Assembly: GCF_009834535.1 (NCBI RefSeq)
Contig: NC_045697.1
Span: forward strand, 47,432,001-47,496,000
DNA: 64,000 nt
Source of the DNA: Camelus ferus
Taxonomy: Eukaryota
Direction: 5' to 3'
The position numbers and the translations under genes were made by a program. Under the pieces are notes generated by a model. The model saw only the letters and a program-made list of their open reading frames with translations, ran no database searches and was not told where the DNA came from. This document shows, piece after piece, positions 37,478 through 51,136 of this stretch (its first letter is position 1; each line of letters opens with the position of its first letter).

Positions 37478-38040
37478 AACTCTGCTCAGGATTCTCCAAT
37501 GATTTCCCACCAACTTGGAAAAACATGCCGAGACCTGAGCTGGGCCAATGAGGCCCCTGTGACCTGGTCCCAGGGCTCCTCTCTGGTCTCATTCTTCTCT
37601 TCTCCTGCTTGGCCTCTGGGTTGCATCTCAAATGTTCCAAGCACACCTGACCACAGGGCCTTTGCCCTTCTGATTCTTGTGCCTGGAGAGCGATTCTCCC
37701 AGGGAACTGCATGCCTTGCTCTTCCACTTCCTTTCTCTGCTGTGACATCAGCTCCTCAGGGAAGCCTTCCCTGACCACTCTGTCTGAAACAGCACACCCG
37801 TCAGTCTCTGTCTCCTTTATCTCACTTATTTTTACTCTTAGCACTTAACACATCTGACATGACATTCTATGTTCTTTCTTTTTGTCTTGTCTGTCCCCCT
37901 AACCGAAGGTTGTAAACTCCCTCAGGCTGGAACTTTGATCCGTTTTGTTCACAGCGCTGTATTTAGCATCCAGAGCAGAACCTGGCACTTAGTAGGTAAT
38001 AAATATTTGCTAAAAGAGTGAATAAATAAATGAATGCATG
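37478..38040 (+). mobile_element. L2 3' end
   Basis: cacagggcctttgccct..., ending cctggcacttagtaggtaataaatatttg...gaataaataaatgaatg. Confidence 0.8.
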
Positions 38041-38635
38041 TTGGCACAGGGAAGGGTATATACATAGAACTAAGTAGTAAGTGTGCAGTCCTTTTTTAAT
38101 GGGAGCTAAATCATGTCAGAATGTTAGATACTTTAATCTGAAAGCAGTATGCGAGTAAGAGTTTGGTCTCCACATGCCCTGTTTTACAGTATGAAGCCTA
38201 GTTGTTTAAGAATGATTAAATTGCAATAATTAGTTGTCAACCAGTGAGGTCTGGAAGAAGGAGGTAAAAGTGTATAGGTGGAGAAAACGCTTGTTCACTA
38301 ATAGGGACTAATAAAAACACTGGAGAAAATGTCATCTGCCTAATTTGCTATGGATCATGACACAAATCAGCATATTACAATGACTGTTACACATAATCAT
38401 GGGAAAGGATAAATGTATTGAGGGTTTCAGAAAGGGTTTAAAAACAACTTGATTTCAAATGTATTAGTTTCTCTAATTAGTTTCCAGAAGGCCACAGTGT
38501 GTTCTGGGTTTAATCCTTCAAGGATGCTCACCGTAGCCTTACCACTCCACCCTACCTTGGGATGCACAGTCACAAAGCAAAGATGCCACCAGATCAGCCT
38601 CTCATTCAGCCAGAGAGCTGGGGGAGCGCTCTCAC

Positions 38636-38776
38636 CTCTGTGTCCGCATCCACCGCCTTGAGCTCAAACTCTGTGATGGTCTTCCTCACACCCTCCTGGA
38701 CCCGCATCCCCAAGTTTTGTACAACGGGCAGCGAGTCATCCACAGGGCGAAGAGTCATGTGGAAAGTCTGAGTCAC
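38636..38776 (-). CDS. FRAS1: FRAS1 window exon 11/27 (141 nt)
   Basis: gtag|GTG...GAG|gtgaga; VTQTFHMTLRPVDDSLPVVQNLGMRVQEGVRKTITEFELKAVDADTE; phase 0 to 0. Confidence 0.96.
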
Positions 38777-39054
38777 CTACGTGGGAAAAGTGCAGGTGGG
38801 TCACCTGTCCCAAGCACCCACCCAAGCAGGAGGCAGGCGCTCTCTCTCTGGCCTTCCATGCATCCTGGCATGGCTGACTGACCCAGAACCTGGAAGTGAG
38901 CTCTCTTCAGCAAGATAGAGTTCTCTTTGCCTCTGCCTTTGGCTGAGGGCAGAGGAGAATGAAGCTGTCACAGCACTGGTGGCTCTCCCACTCCAGTCAA
39001 AGAAGACTGCCTGAATCAATACCCAGGAGGGAGGGAACTGAACTCCTCACCCAC

Positions 39055-39179
39055 CTCATTGACTCCATCAGAGAGCGTAAAGCTGAAGGCATCTGAATGC
39101 TCCTCCGTCTCACTAGAGTGGACATACTGAACATTTCCTGAAGTGAGGTCAGCTTGAGAAAAGGAGCTAATCTGGATGC
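39055..39179 (-). CDS. FRAS1: FRAS1 window exon 10/27 (125 nt)
   Basis: ccag|GC...GAG|gtgggt; IQISSFSQADLTSGNVQYVHSSETEEHSDAFSFTLSDGVNE; phase 1 to 0. Confidence 0.95.
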
Positions 39180-40754
39180 CTGGCAAAAGAAGAAAGAAGC
39201 AGAGAAAGGGTGTTGCACTGCCAGCCATACCTCGCAGGTGAGGGAAATGTCACACTCTCACCAGACAGAGTTCTTCGTATTTGTCTTAAAGCATTTATGT
39301 GTGGCCCCCTAAGACCTAGTGTTAGAGTTGTTCGTGTTTTTTCCCCTGCAACAGCATATGCTCTGTGGGAGCACATGTTAACTACCTAGGCTTCGACTAT
39401 GTGCCAGGGCAAACACAGGTGCTCGATAAGTGTTAGTCTCCTTTCTCTTGGGGTTTCTGTATGCAGGTCAAAGCTGTGAAAGGTAGAGCCACTGCCTTAT
39501 TCTCTAAACTCCTCAATCTTAAAGTTTTATATTCCCCCATCACCTCGTGGTCCTTTCTGAAAACCTGCCCTAACTTTTAATATTGTGTGATGGCTTAGTA
39601 TCTGAACACTGGAGTCATAGGGCCTGGCTACACATAGCCTTGTTTCTGTGATTAGTGAGCCATCCCTGTTGCCCATAACTCCCTTGGATATTCTTCAAGG
39701 TCCCTTTCACTCTCAGGTCTGTGATCAGCATATACTTCTCACGGACCACTCTGGCCAGGCTGGCAGTCACAAAACTTACTGCATGACTTTGGGGTTTGAG
39801 CAATCATTCTTTCTCAACTCTAAAATGACCTACAAAACCAGTATCTTTTAAAAACACAATATAGAGAAAATAGGTTAATTTTTTTTTCAGAGTCGTTTTA
39901 AAAGTAAAAAAAAAAAAAAAAACTTAAGTAATTCCCAGAAATGAATAGTATCTCCCCTTTTCAAATGGCCAACGACATTTAGCAAAACAGCCCAGAATTC
40001 TTGCTTCTATTTGAGGGCTTCTGGGGCCCATCCTCTGGTGCCAACCAGGACTGAAGCAAAATCACATCTTTTAGTCTCTCAGCACAAATTCCTTCTTTTT
40101 GACTCTGGGTGTTACAGTATTAATCTGTTTAATCTAGTTCTTTGGTTTGGTCCTGAAATTCATTTGCTGCTTCTGGAATTTATTGTTTGTCATTGTTAAT
40201 CCTGGCAAAAACAGCCTTTCCTGTAAAAAAAGAAAACAAAAAAAAAAAAACCCAAAGAGATTCTACTCTGACTATTTTACATTTAACTGTGACATCAGTA
40301 TCACTGCTTCATCTTTTTTTTAAAAAATCCCATCAACCAGCATGGCTTACATTTGCATCTCTCTTTATCATCTGAAATCTGTCACCCAGATAGATTGGCC
40401 TCCTGAATATTGGGGCATTAATTTTTTGATGAGGCATTTTATATTTCTGTGCTTACTGCATCAGCTCTCGACAGGCAAAAAAATGTAGCGCCCTGTCTTA
40501 TAGCTTTGTCTTGTGGTTCTGGACAGAAATCCATACCATTCTTTAAAAATTTAATAACTTTAGACTGGCTGTAGCTGAGAAATTTAAATCTCTTCCCCTG
40601 CTGCGAATCCATTCTCACAGCTCATGGGAAAATAACTTGTGTGGATTCTCACAATCAACTGGTCACCAAATTCAGTGTTCCCTTGGTAAGACTCGAAGAC
40701 TGATTAAGAAAGGTGATGGATTTCCCTTCCTCTTAGGAAGGAAGTGCTGAGATT

Positions 40755-41435
40755 TATTTATTTATTTAACATTCTTTATTGAGAGGAAATTGACATATAA
40801 TAAATTACACATATTTAAGGTGTACAATTTCATAAGCTTTGTCACATCCATGAAACTACCACCTTAATCAAAATAGGGAACATATCCATCACCTGAAAGT
40901 TTCCAGCTGACACTCTGCAATCCTTTCATCCTTCCCTTTCCTGCCCCCTCCCCATCCCAAAGAAGCATATAAATTGCTCTCTGTCATTATAGATTAGTTG
41001 GCATTTTCTCTATTTTTTATAAATAGAATCATACAGGAGATGTTATTTTATGCATGGTTTCTTACATTTAGTGTAACTGTTTTGGATTCATCCATATTGT
41101 GGCATGTGTCAATAGTTCATCCCCTTTTTTCCTTACTAATGGAGTAGTATTCCATTGAATGGATATATCATAGACAGTTTATCCACCCACCAGTTCATGA
41201 ACATTTAGGTTATTTCCAATTTGGGGCTATTACAAATAAAGCTGCTATGATCATGCCTGCACAAGTCTTTGTATGAACGTAAGTTTTCATTTTTCTTGGG
41301 TAAATCTCTAAGAGTGGGATGGTGGGAATGTACGTCTGGAGCATATGGAATGCTTAACTTTTCAGGAAACTGCCAATATCTTCCAACATGGTAGCACCAC
41401 TTTGCATCCCCACTAGCAGTGCATGAGAGCTCCAG
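40755..41435 (-). mobile_element. Old L1 (L1MB-like) 3' end
   Basis: ctttattgag...ataaattacacatatttaaggtgtacaatt..., gagtagtattccattg, tttgcatccccactagcagtg. Confidence 0.85.
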
Positions 41436-42701
41436 GCTTGATCTCAGTGTGTCTTTCTCCATTCAGTTTAGCAAACATTGAGCACTTACCATGTGCAGAA
41501 TTGTTTCAGGCTTGCTTATATATATTGTTTTCTCTTAACAACTCTGGGAGGTCAAGGTTGATATATTACCTCTATTTTTTCACATTATGATACTAATAAA
41601 ATCAGAAAATAAATCTGACCTATCTGAGGTCACACATAAGACGGCAGAGTCGCTGGGGCTGGAACTCTGATTGTCTATGTCCAAAGTGTATGCCTGCTAG
41701 GGGTACTTTTTGTAAAATTTATCTAGCCTTTTGGGCTAGACTAGGAGCCTCTTGGAGTTCACCCTTAATCCGTTAATTTTTTTTTCCATATAAAAGCAAT
41801 ACATGTCTATTCAGAAAATGTGAAAAACACAGAAAAGTAATAAAGAATCACAAAGGCCACTCAGATCTATCACTGAAATATCATCATTTTACTTTTAGAT
41901 ACTTTTTTGGCTGTGCCCATTTTCTTGTCTGAAATGTTGATTTTGGTGGGGTATTTAATATCATTTACATAATATCCATAATTAAGCACCAGAGGGTCAC
42001 AAGCTATATTAGAAGGTAAGCCTCAAGAGGACAAGAATTTTTGTTGTTTCTTCACTAATATGCACCTAGAATAGTGCCTGGCACATAGTAGGTTCTCAAA
42101 ACACATTTGGAAAATGAATTTAGTTCATCCACTACAATGACTATCTAACAGGTCTTACTAAGTACAGACTTTCAATCTCTATACACTTTTTAAAAATATT
42201 TAGTTGTTTCCATCCCCATCTCCAAAAAAAAAAAAGTTTAGTTGTTGCTAATTGGGTATTGGAAGCCTTCAGCTGTTCACTCACCAGTAGCATGGTGCTC
42301 CTAGTAACATATTGTCCCTACTGGCTGTCACAGCAGGTTGTTACTGTTCGAAACATCTTGAAGGCTTTTTAATTCCGTCCAAGGTGTTTTCAGTCACCAA
42401 CCTGCTGGCTAAACTATGTATCTGGCAGTATTATGGAGACCCACATTAACCCTGTCAGTTTTTCCAATTCCCCCAGAGAGCCAGCATGTTAGAGAAGGTT
42501 CGGTCCAGGTCAGGGAAGTGGTGTGGGAATAAAGCACCTTTGAAGAAATTGCCTTCCTAATAGGATGTTAGGAGCTCACCCCGGCCCTCCTGCTTTCAGC
42601 GTAGCTGTGGATGGCTCTGTGCCTGTTGTCTGCGTCCCATCTCAAGCTCATGCGGAGGGAGACTCTCAGCTTCTCTGCTTCAGATTTTCTTTCAAGCCTC
42701 C

Positions 42702-43108
42702 TGTTATGGAATGAATTGCGTCCCCCCCGCCAAATTCATATACTGAGGTCCTAACCCCAGGACCTCACAACGTGACCTTATTGGAAATAGGACCACTGCA
42801 GGTGTAATTAGTTAAGATGAGGTCATCAGGATGGGCCCTAATATAATTCCACTAATGACCTTATAAAAAGGGAAATTTTGACACAGACATGCACATGCAG
42901 GGAGAATGCCATGTGAACATAAAGATAGCTATCTATTAGCCCAGAGGAGAGGCCTGGAACAGAGCCTTCCCTGGGAAGGTACCAACCCTGCCGACACCAC
43001 GATCTTGGGCTTCTGGCACTGAGATCTGTGAGACAATCGATTTCTGTTGTCTAAACTGCTCGGTCTGTGGTGCTTTGTGACAGATGCCATATGACCGAAG
43101 ATAATATA
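42702..43108 (+). mobile_element. MaLR solo LTR (MLT1A/B/C-like)
   Basis: tgttatggaatgaattgcgtcccc...gtgaccttattggaaatagg...gtaattagttaagatgaggtcat...ctgtgagacaat.gatttctgttg. Confidence 0.85.
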
Positions 43109-43599
43109 ACTTTGCTCTCAGAAGAACCCAAACTAAGACAAGGGTGCATCTTATTTTGGTTGGTGTCACAATACCAAGAGGCTGAGAAGAAAAGGAGGCC
43201 AACGAATACCTTGCTAAAGCGTCACCTGTGGGAAGTCCTTCCTGACTCACTCCCCGCCCTCTCTTAGGTGGGACTCACTGTCCTTTGGCTCCCACTATCC
43301 TCTGTCACGTTGCTGTCACAGCTACTGAAACACACTGGCACGCATTTACTGACATGTCTCCCACTTCCAAAACCTAAGCTTTGCTCTGCAGCAGTGACTC
43401 AATGAATGTTTGGTGAAGGAGAGAACCAGTGTGTGTTAGAGACGGATATATTCCAATATTACTGCTCCCCTACTTTAAAAATATAACTGATGACTGTTAT
43501 TAAGTGACTGGATGCCCAGGTAGGGTCTAGATTTCCCAGCCACCTCACAGCTTTGTGTGGCTACATCCTTGCCACTGGGATGTGATCAAAAGGGGTGTG

Positions 43600-43862
43600 T
43601 GTTCTTCTAGCAACGCTCCTAGAAAAGAAATGCATGTGGGTGCCGCTGGTCTTTCCTCCCTGGCGGCTGGCTGGGGGATGACGACAATACAGTAGTCATC
43701 TTGGACCAGAGATGGGGGCCTCACGTGGAGGGTCACTGAGCTACCTCGGGCGGTCTGGGCCACCTACCTCTAGATTTTGCTGGGAGAGAAAAGAAACTTA
43801 CTGTGGAAGGCACTGTATTTTGCAGTCTCTTTGTTTCAGCAACTTAGCTTCTATCCTGATAA
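43600..43862 (+). mobile_element. Degenerate older MaLR (MLT1-type) LTR fragment
   Basis: gtcatcttggacca..., gagagaaaagaaactta...aaggcactgtattttgcagtctctttgtt. Confidence 0.45.
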
Positions 43863-45199
43863 CTTCTTACTCTGATTTCCCATGAATAAGAGGGTCCTTA
43901 GGGTCCCTGACATGAGAGTGTGGGTCCTCAACCTTGCAAAGAGCCCATGGGGACTTAGCGTCTCATGTGACTCTCCTCCACGGTGGGAGGTTTGTGTCTG
44001 TCTTCTGCAGGGTTCCCATAGGCTCCCTATGTCTCCTCAGGGGAAGAAAGGAGGACCTTCACACCTTTTCTACCTAAAGAGAACAATCACAACAAGCTGA
44101 TCAAGAAAGATCACCTAAGACTAAGTCCACTTTGCAGTTAACCACCAGGAGACGTCCGCAAGCGCCAGCAGCAAATGACAATTCCCAGAGGCATCCAGTC
44201 CCCAGACAGCTCAGTGTCTGCACTGTACACACTGGCCTAGAAGCTGTTCTGCTCCTCCCAGCCCAGCCCAGCTCCTGGGAGACCCCTCCTCACCACTGAG
44301 ACAGACGGGGGGCGGTGCTTTTCTCTAAGCCGGAGCCACCTGCCTTCAGAGAGGGTGCTCCTTAATCAACACGGACTTCCTCTGAAGGGAGAGCTCTGAC
44401 ATTTAAAAGGATTCAAATTCATGAATACATTTCCGCTTAGGGGAGACAGGAAAGGAGAGATTGCTGATTAAATGCTACAGAAAGGACTGGGTGTGGGGCT
44501 GGTGGTGTGGGAGGGACAGGGAAGCTCTGCTCCATTAGAATTGGAGAGGGGCCCCCGAGAGTAAATATCTTCCTCTCTGGTCTACTTAGAATTTCTAGAA
44601 ATAGGAGGATTGAGACACACTGGTGAGGGTGGGAGAGAACACAGGCTAGGGAGTCAAGCCTGGTGGAAAAGGGCAGGTGAAGGAAGTATCCCAGATCAGG
44701 GGAGCCCCCCGCTCTCCCAAGAGGAGGGAGCAGGGTGATCCCCTATGGGTTGTCCCCTAAACGGCCCTGGCTTGGCCTTGGCATCCAGGATTTAAGCCCA
44801 GTGAAAGCTGAGACTGTAAAAAACAGAAAAGGCGAATTTGGGGCAGGCTCACACAGGACGTGACACAGCCTGGGGTCAGAGAAGAGCCAGGGCTGTGAGT
44901 TACCAGCCACTGGCGGGGCCTCGCACAGAGCTCTGAGCCCTTTGGAGCTCTGTGCCGCGTGCATGCCGTTGCCCAACACAACAGGCAAGAGTCTGCCCTG
45001 TCATCTTTGGAGAGATATGGTCAGCAACCTGACAGAATTCTGGCAGAAGCAGTTAGCTCATGAATTACTTATCAAACATCTCATGCAGCCAAGGTATCCG
45101 GAGCGTTGATCTGCATACTTCCCCCAGGAACTTTGGGACAAAAGGGGAGAGCAGCTGCTTGAATTTGCATTTGGGATTTTGGCCAATCTGTCCATCCTT

Positions 45200-45680
45200 C
45201 CCCACACCTTCCCTCCATGCACACAACACTCCCTCCTCCACCCTCACCTTGGACCCAGGCATGGTCTGCCTCCCTCATCTCCCACCAAGTCACCCCCAGC
45301 TCATCCACCTGGCTCTCTCCCTCACTTGCTCTGCCCCAGCCACACTGGTCTCCTTGCAGCATCTGGAACAGGGTGGGCCTGGCTGATCCCATCTGAGGAC
45401 GTTAACACTCCCTGGTCCCCTGTCTGGCATGTTCCTTTCTTATATGTCAGCATGGCTGGCCCCTCACTTTCTTCAGATCTGTGCTCAAATGTCTTCTTCT
45501 TAGGGAGGCCCTCCCTCACCTTGCTCCCTGCGCACCAGGAATGCCCTTATTTCAGCCCCTAACTTATCACCACTGACATATGGTATCTTTGCCGGATTGT
45601 TTGCTTACTGTCTGACTCCCTGCATCAGGGCAAGTACTTCCCCTGTTCTGCTGTTTCCCTGGTTGAATGAATGAAGAATT
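45200..45680 (+). mobile_element. L2 fragment
   Basis: ctctgccccagccacactggtctccttgc, tcagatctgtgctcaaatgtc, ending gttgaatgaatgaa. Confidence 0.7.
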
Positions 45681-46825
45681 TGTAGCCTAAAATCCAAAGA
45701 AAACCAATGATCTAAATTTCCTGCAAGCTGACACTGCTTCTGTGAGGTACAAATAAAGACAGTTCTACCTTTAGATTGTTTATTCAGCAAGTACCTCTTG
45801 TCCCTTATCACATCTATTCAAGCTGCCAAGTTCCATAGGTTCTTCCCCTGAAATTAACTCACTCCTTCCTCCCTTCCACCAGCCACTGTTTACTGAATAC
45901 TTACTAGGTACTAGGTGTTACCTCATTTTACTATTCCACTGCTGCCCCTCCAGGTGAAGCCTCACTAGCTCCTATGTGGCCAAAAGTGAAATTTCCTAAC
46001 TACCATCACCACCTCCTTTTTCTTTCTTTCAGGTCATCCTCTTGGGCAGTAGATGAATTTCACTTCTCTCCCCTGTTCAAAATTCTGCAGTGACTCCCTA
46101 TTGCCTATTGAATTAAATAGGGATTACTTATCGCCATTTTGAAGACCCTCCATAAAATCTCAATTTACCCAAGGGCCCTATTGATGACTATTTTCAGAAT
46201 ATATGCTTTAGCTAAACTGGCCCACTCGTAATTTTTTTGAATGTGCCCTCATGCTGTTCCTATCTCTGGAAATAACACAATTTCTGTCTGCCCAAATTCT
46301 GTCTTTCAAGGGCACTCTTCAATGCCACCTCTGTGCACCTTCCCACCTGATGTAGCCGCTTCCACTTCTGAACTCCTATGATACTAGGTTTATACGGTTC
46401 TTAAATTACCTACCACACTCTTCCCTTACATATGGTTATATGCAGAGGATCCTTATCTCATCCAATAGAGAATTCTAAAGGGTGAGGGTTGTATTTAATT
46501 TTTCATTTTTTTTCCTCTGTAGCAGCTAAACCAGAATCTTACTCAAAACGCATGCTCATTGGTTACTTGTTGAATTCCAGTTATGGAGACAAGATTGTTT
46601 ATATCAAATTATAATTTTTAGTTCTAAATCCAGCAAGTAATTATTAAGCATCTACTGTGTGCTAAGTATAATGCAAGGTGATAGACAATGGTCAGAACTA
46701 GTGATGCAAAAAGAAATACTAATAAAGGCAGATTCGAGGTGAATGTGTATGCATGATGTGGGTGCCCCCAGCACTTTGGTAAATCCCAGCTTTGGGTTTG
46801 ATGATGTCAGAGATGACGGGGTTAC

Positions 46826-47005
46826 CTGGTGATGCTGTGTGTTCCAGGTGGCCCAGCTGGGGCTGTCTGGTGATTCTGTAGATCAGTTCTGCAGGGTCCG
46901 TCTCCTGGTCAGTGGCAGAGAGCTGCAGAGTGGTGATTTTCTTCACTGAGTTTTCATCCAAGACCAGCCCTTTATTGGTGGTGATGACTGGTGGGGATTT
47001 GTCTT
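46826..47005 (-). CDS. FRAS1: FRAS1 window exon 9/27 (180 nt)
   Basis: tcag|AA...CCAG|gtaacc; DKSPPVITTNKGLVLDENSVKKITTLQLSATDQETDPAELIYRITRQPQLGHLEHTASP(G); phase 1 to 1. Confidence 0.96.
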
Positions 47006-47269
47006 CTGAAAATATCAAAATCAGTGATTTGAAATGGGATCATTTTCAGCCTCCTTTCTTCAGTTCTGGACCTGAGGATCAAAATAGCCCTCAAGCCTGT
47101 CCCTCAGAGAGTGCCTCAAGGAGCCACAGCGTCACACAACCGAGGGGATATAATTCCAGATTTCCACACCAGCCGCTAAAGGAAAGGGTCAAGCCTCAAG
47201 GTGAGCCCAGTCTGCACCCCACAACCTCAGAACTGCTGGATGATGTTTAGAAACCCAATGCCCCCTTAC

Positions 47270-47389
47270 CCAAAACACTGATGGAAAATGACTGGTCAGT
47301 CAATTTGTTGCCTTCTCCATCAACCACATCATATTTAAAAGCAAAGTTCCCGCTAGATTCTCCTTTCCTGTGACTGTATTCTATGCGGC
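47270..47389 (-). CDS. FRAS1: FRAS1 window exon 8/27 (120 nt; not in the ORF track)
   Basis: acag|GC...TTGG|gtaagg; RIEYSHRKGESSGNFAFKYDVVDGEGNKLTDQSFSISVL(E); phase 1 to 1. Confidence 0.94.
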
Positions 47390-48825
47390 CTGTAAAAAGG
47401 ACAAGAAAATCAAAATTTGCTATTAGTGCTTTCTGCCCTTACTTCTGAAGTGTCAGGCGAGAATTTGATTGGTATTCCCACCAATGAATCAATTAACCCC
47501 TTCTCACTTTGACATTGCTTTCGACATTTTAATCTAACATTTTCATTTCCTCCCTTTGGTCTCCCACTAGTGGCTTCCTCGTGATTGATGATCCCCGATG
47601 ATAAAACACCCCAAGCAGCAAGTAGCATTGCTTATGGTTGAGGCGCAGAGTTTGAGGAAGATGACGCTAAGGAGGTTTCACAAATAGATACATCAGTAAA
47701 ACTGTCCACGTGGAAAATGCGCACTGAACTGGACCCACATCACTGCTGTGGCCCTGTTATATATCCATGTCACAGGGCAAGAGGACAGACAGCTGCAGCT
47801 CACATTCTCCCAGACTGTGTCACTCCCATTTCTCAGTACAGTCGTAAATCATTTGGGGAACAACGTGGGATGTAACCAACCACCAAAGAAATAGATAAAC
47901 AAAATAAACTCCACATAGAAGTCAAAAGGATTCCAAGGGAAAAATGCAATCTATTACAATTTTGTTAACCCACAGCATCACGTATAAGTACCTAGCAAGG
48001 TAAATACAACCAAACATCTGAGAAGAGATGCCTGCTCTCATACTCTAAAAAGAGACACTGAGGCGAGGAATAATGAAGGAATTAGTTCCCTCCCTTCACT
48101 CAAGTACAGACAGGTCCAGTGAGGTTTTGGCTGCTATAATTTTAGGTGCTGGTGCACAGACAGGACCTTTATTTTCCCCCATAGGAGGGCATGTTTCCAC
48201 AACTAAATGAAACTGCACATCATCACACGGCGTTGAATTGCTTTCCTCCCCACTATGTAACTTTTGTTTCCTTTCTCACCCCGGAAAGCACTGTACAGTA
48301 ACTACGTAGCATTTAACACTTATGCTTTTACATTACATCAGCACTTCCTGGAGGAGGGATGAGCTATGTAATCTCCCTCAAGCAGTTCCGATTTATGCCC
48401 TTCCATTTTGCTTAGTTCATTAACTTGTGCTCTTTGGGGAGCTGAAAAAGAGATATAAATTGTTCACCTAAGGCAGGCATAATTTTCACCTTAATCCATC
48501 CCAATTCACTTCTTTTTCCTTTCTTTCTCCCTCACACACACCTTTTTTTAGCATCACAGCAAGTCAAAATGATTTTTTTCCTCCATAATAGCCCCCAGTT
48601 TCATCAAGGCTATGTCAAGGCACGAACACATTTTAGCCCAGAAGGAGAGTTTTTTAAAAAACAAAAAAACTGAGGAGTCAAGAAAGAACAAATGAAGCTC
48701 TAACTCAGCCCTTAATTCCAAACAAAAGTGCGCTGTTTGCCGCCATAGGCCACCAGGCGCAACTCCCATTTTACTACTAGGGGTGGAGTCTCTGGAAGGC
48801 TGGGCAGCAGAAGGAAGCGGCTGAC

Positions 48826-49014
48826 CTTGGCTGATGTCGGCCTGGGTGAAACTCTGGATGGGGCCTTTAACGGAGATCTGCTCCAGGCTGTCATGCTTTA
48901 CCATCTGCAGGCGCCCTGCAATGGGATCTTCCTTCAAGACGTACATTACCTGACGGTCATCTGAGTCAGTATCTGTCACTTTCAAGTGCTGTTCTGTGAT
49001 GGGTGCTACCGACC
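48826..49014 (-). CDS. FRAS1: FRAS1 window exon 7/27 (189 nt)
   Basis: ccag|GG...CAAG|gtcagc; SVAPITEQHLKVTDTDSDDRQVMYVLKEDP...SFTQADISQ(G); phase 1 to 1. Confidence 0.95.
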
Positions 49015-50872
49015 CTGGAAGAGAATGGGAGACAGTGGGTCATTCTCCATCATTGCTTTTGAATAGGAGGTCAGATGACTTTAGGAGACCGGAGACTAAA
49101 TTACCCACATTCCCTGGGTCTAAGGAAGTATCAGCTGCCTGCCCTTCTGTTTCCAGCTGAATAAATTTTAATTTCCCTACGTGAAACAATCCCAACTTCC
49201 CAATTTGCTAATCATCCCTTGAGTTTGGATCTGAGCCCCTCTTCTCTTCTGATCCGTTTTCACTCTCTCCCTGTGCTCACTGTACTCCTGGGACCTTTCA
49301 GTTAGGACCTAGATCCATGAAGCAACTCCTAGTTCTGTGATGTTCATGACTCCCAGACCAATGAAGAAACCAGCTTGGACCTAACTGACTTACTGTCTTG
49401 AGGATCACCAAAGCATAACAAAACAGCTGTATGTAAACACACAAACATATCTGGTTACCATCTCTGACCAAATGGTCAGAATCACTGTTGCTTAAGACAA
49501 AGGACACAGTGAGGGCCTCAAAGCAGGGAGACCTGAGTGCTGGGCCCTATAAGGCTGCACAGGGGTTGGGGATGGAGGCAAGGCACTACCTACCGGCAAA
49601 CGCCTCTTCTCAGGGCCGTCCCCTCTGCTTTCCTTTCTAGCCATTTTCTCATTTCTCATATCACAGTAAATCCTGATAAAGTAGGTCCTAGCCACTCATG
49701 TGGAATACATCCTGGTGTTTGGAGAGACAGTCCTCCATGGGCCCTGAGCATCCCTGCGTGTTCTTGCTGGGCAATGCCGAGAACGCAAGGCTGGACCACT
49801 CATTGCCCGAGCCAGTCTCAGCAAGCAGCCCCGTGTGATGAGGTGATGCCTTCCTCTGGGACAAAGATCGGGCTTGCTTTTCACTACTAGAACACGGGCA
49901 GCTCCCCAAGCTCAGTGGTCCTCTTCTGTAATGCATCACAGTGCACATGAAGGTGTTCACCTGGGGCCTCTGCATCACCCCAGCAGACTTGGAGGGCCTT
50001 GGGAATCAATGCAAGCTTGCTGACGGCGATGCTGCCTGCTGTGCTGTAACCAAGGACTTTGTCTATGATCAGGCAGTCTCCGGTCCTCTACTAGCATCCA
50101 TGAAACAGTAATAGGCTGACTTACCAGCTTGTAAATAGGGCAAAGTTAAGCCCCAGACGTAATACTTGGGACCCTTGGCAATCTCCAAATTTTCAAACAC
50201 CATCGTACCGTACATTTTACACTACAAAATATACGTGAAACTGAGAATAGACAAGCGAACAGAACTCCAGGGGGATACAGATGGTCTGTGGGCAAAAGGC
50301 CTGCTCTCTAATTAAGTAACTCCCTACTGCAAACTGACTCCAAGACTGATACTTCAGTGTTGCTTCTCCTTAAGAAAAATTGCAAACGTTAGACCCTAGA
50401 ATCCCGTAGCTAATGGCTCCCAATTATTTGCATAATCTCTCTTGGTGCATGATGACCTCCCAAGTGTCCTCTCCATGCACTTTTTTTTTTTTTTAAATTA
50501 AGCATCTTGAAAATCTTGCTAGGTTTTGCTGTTCGTTCCTGTGAGGTTGGTTGGGCAGTGGCAATGTTCTAAGAGACCCAGGCCTATGAGTAGCTGGATA
50601 AAGTAAGATTTTTGAGGACCCTGGAAATCCTATAAACTCTTCTCAATCTTTTTGCAGATTCATGGACAGAGGCATCTGGTCCAAAGAACTTTGGAGATTC
50701 ACATTTATCACTCACAACTCTTAGTGTCCCCAATACAACAGTTCTCCCCAACACTAGTCTCCCCTAATTCTGCACACCCAGTCCACGATCCTCCTGCAGA
50801 GCTGACATGGAAGGAAGCACTGCCCACCAACAAAGAAGAAACCACGGCCACGCTCTTCCATTCCCGTGGTAC

Positions 50873-51136
50873 CTGCTGAGAGTCGAAGGCCTCGGTTTAC
50901 AGCCAAGCGAGGAGTGTCACCTGCAGGCAGCTCTATGTATATCTCCATCCTCCCTGTGTCTGTGTGGAGGCCATCAGTGATGGAGAACTGGAACTCATCC
51001 ACTGCCACACCAGGACCACTAGGCATGTACCAGACCCGCCCGGCCAGGATGTCCTGGTAGGTGAAGGAGGAGCCCTGGGCCAAAAACCTCCCATTCTCCA
51101 GAGGTTCAGAAGCAGTTTGCCTCCAGAGTAGATGAC
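50873..51136 (-). CDS. FRAS1: FRAS1 window exon 6/27 (264 nt)
   Basis: tcag|GT...GCAG|gtacca; HLLWRQTASEPLENGRFLAQGSSFTYQDILAG...RLAVNRGLRLSA(G); phase 1 to 1; overlaps ORF 50754..51083. Confidence 0.95.

Noticed and set aside
44489..44521. Potential G-quadruplex (five G-runs on the plus strand)
   Set aside because: It needs a 10-nt loop, such motifs are common in mammalian introns, and there is no other supporting context.
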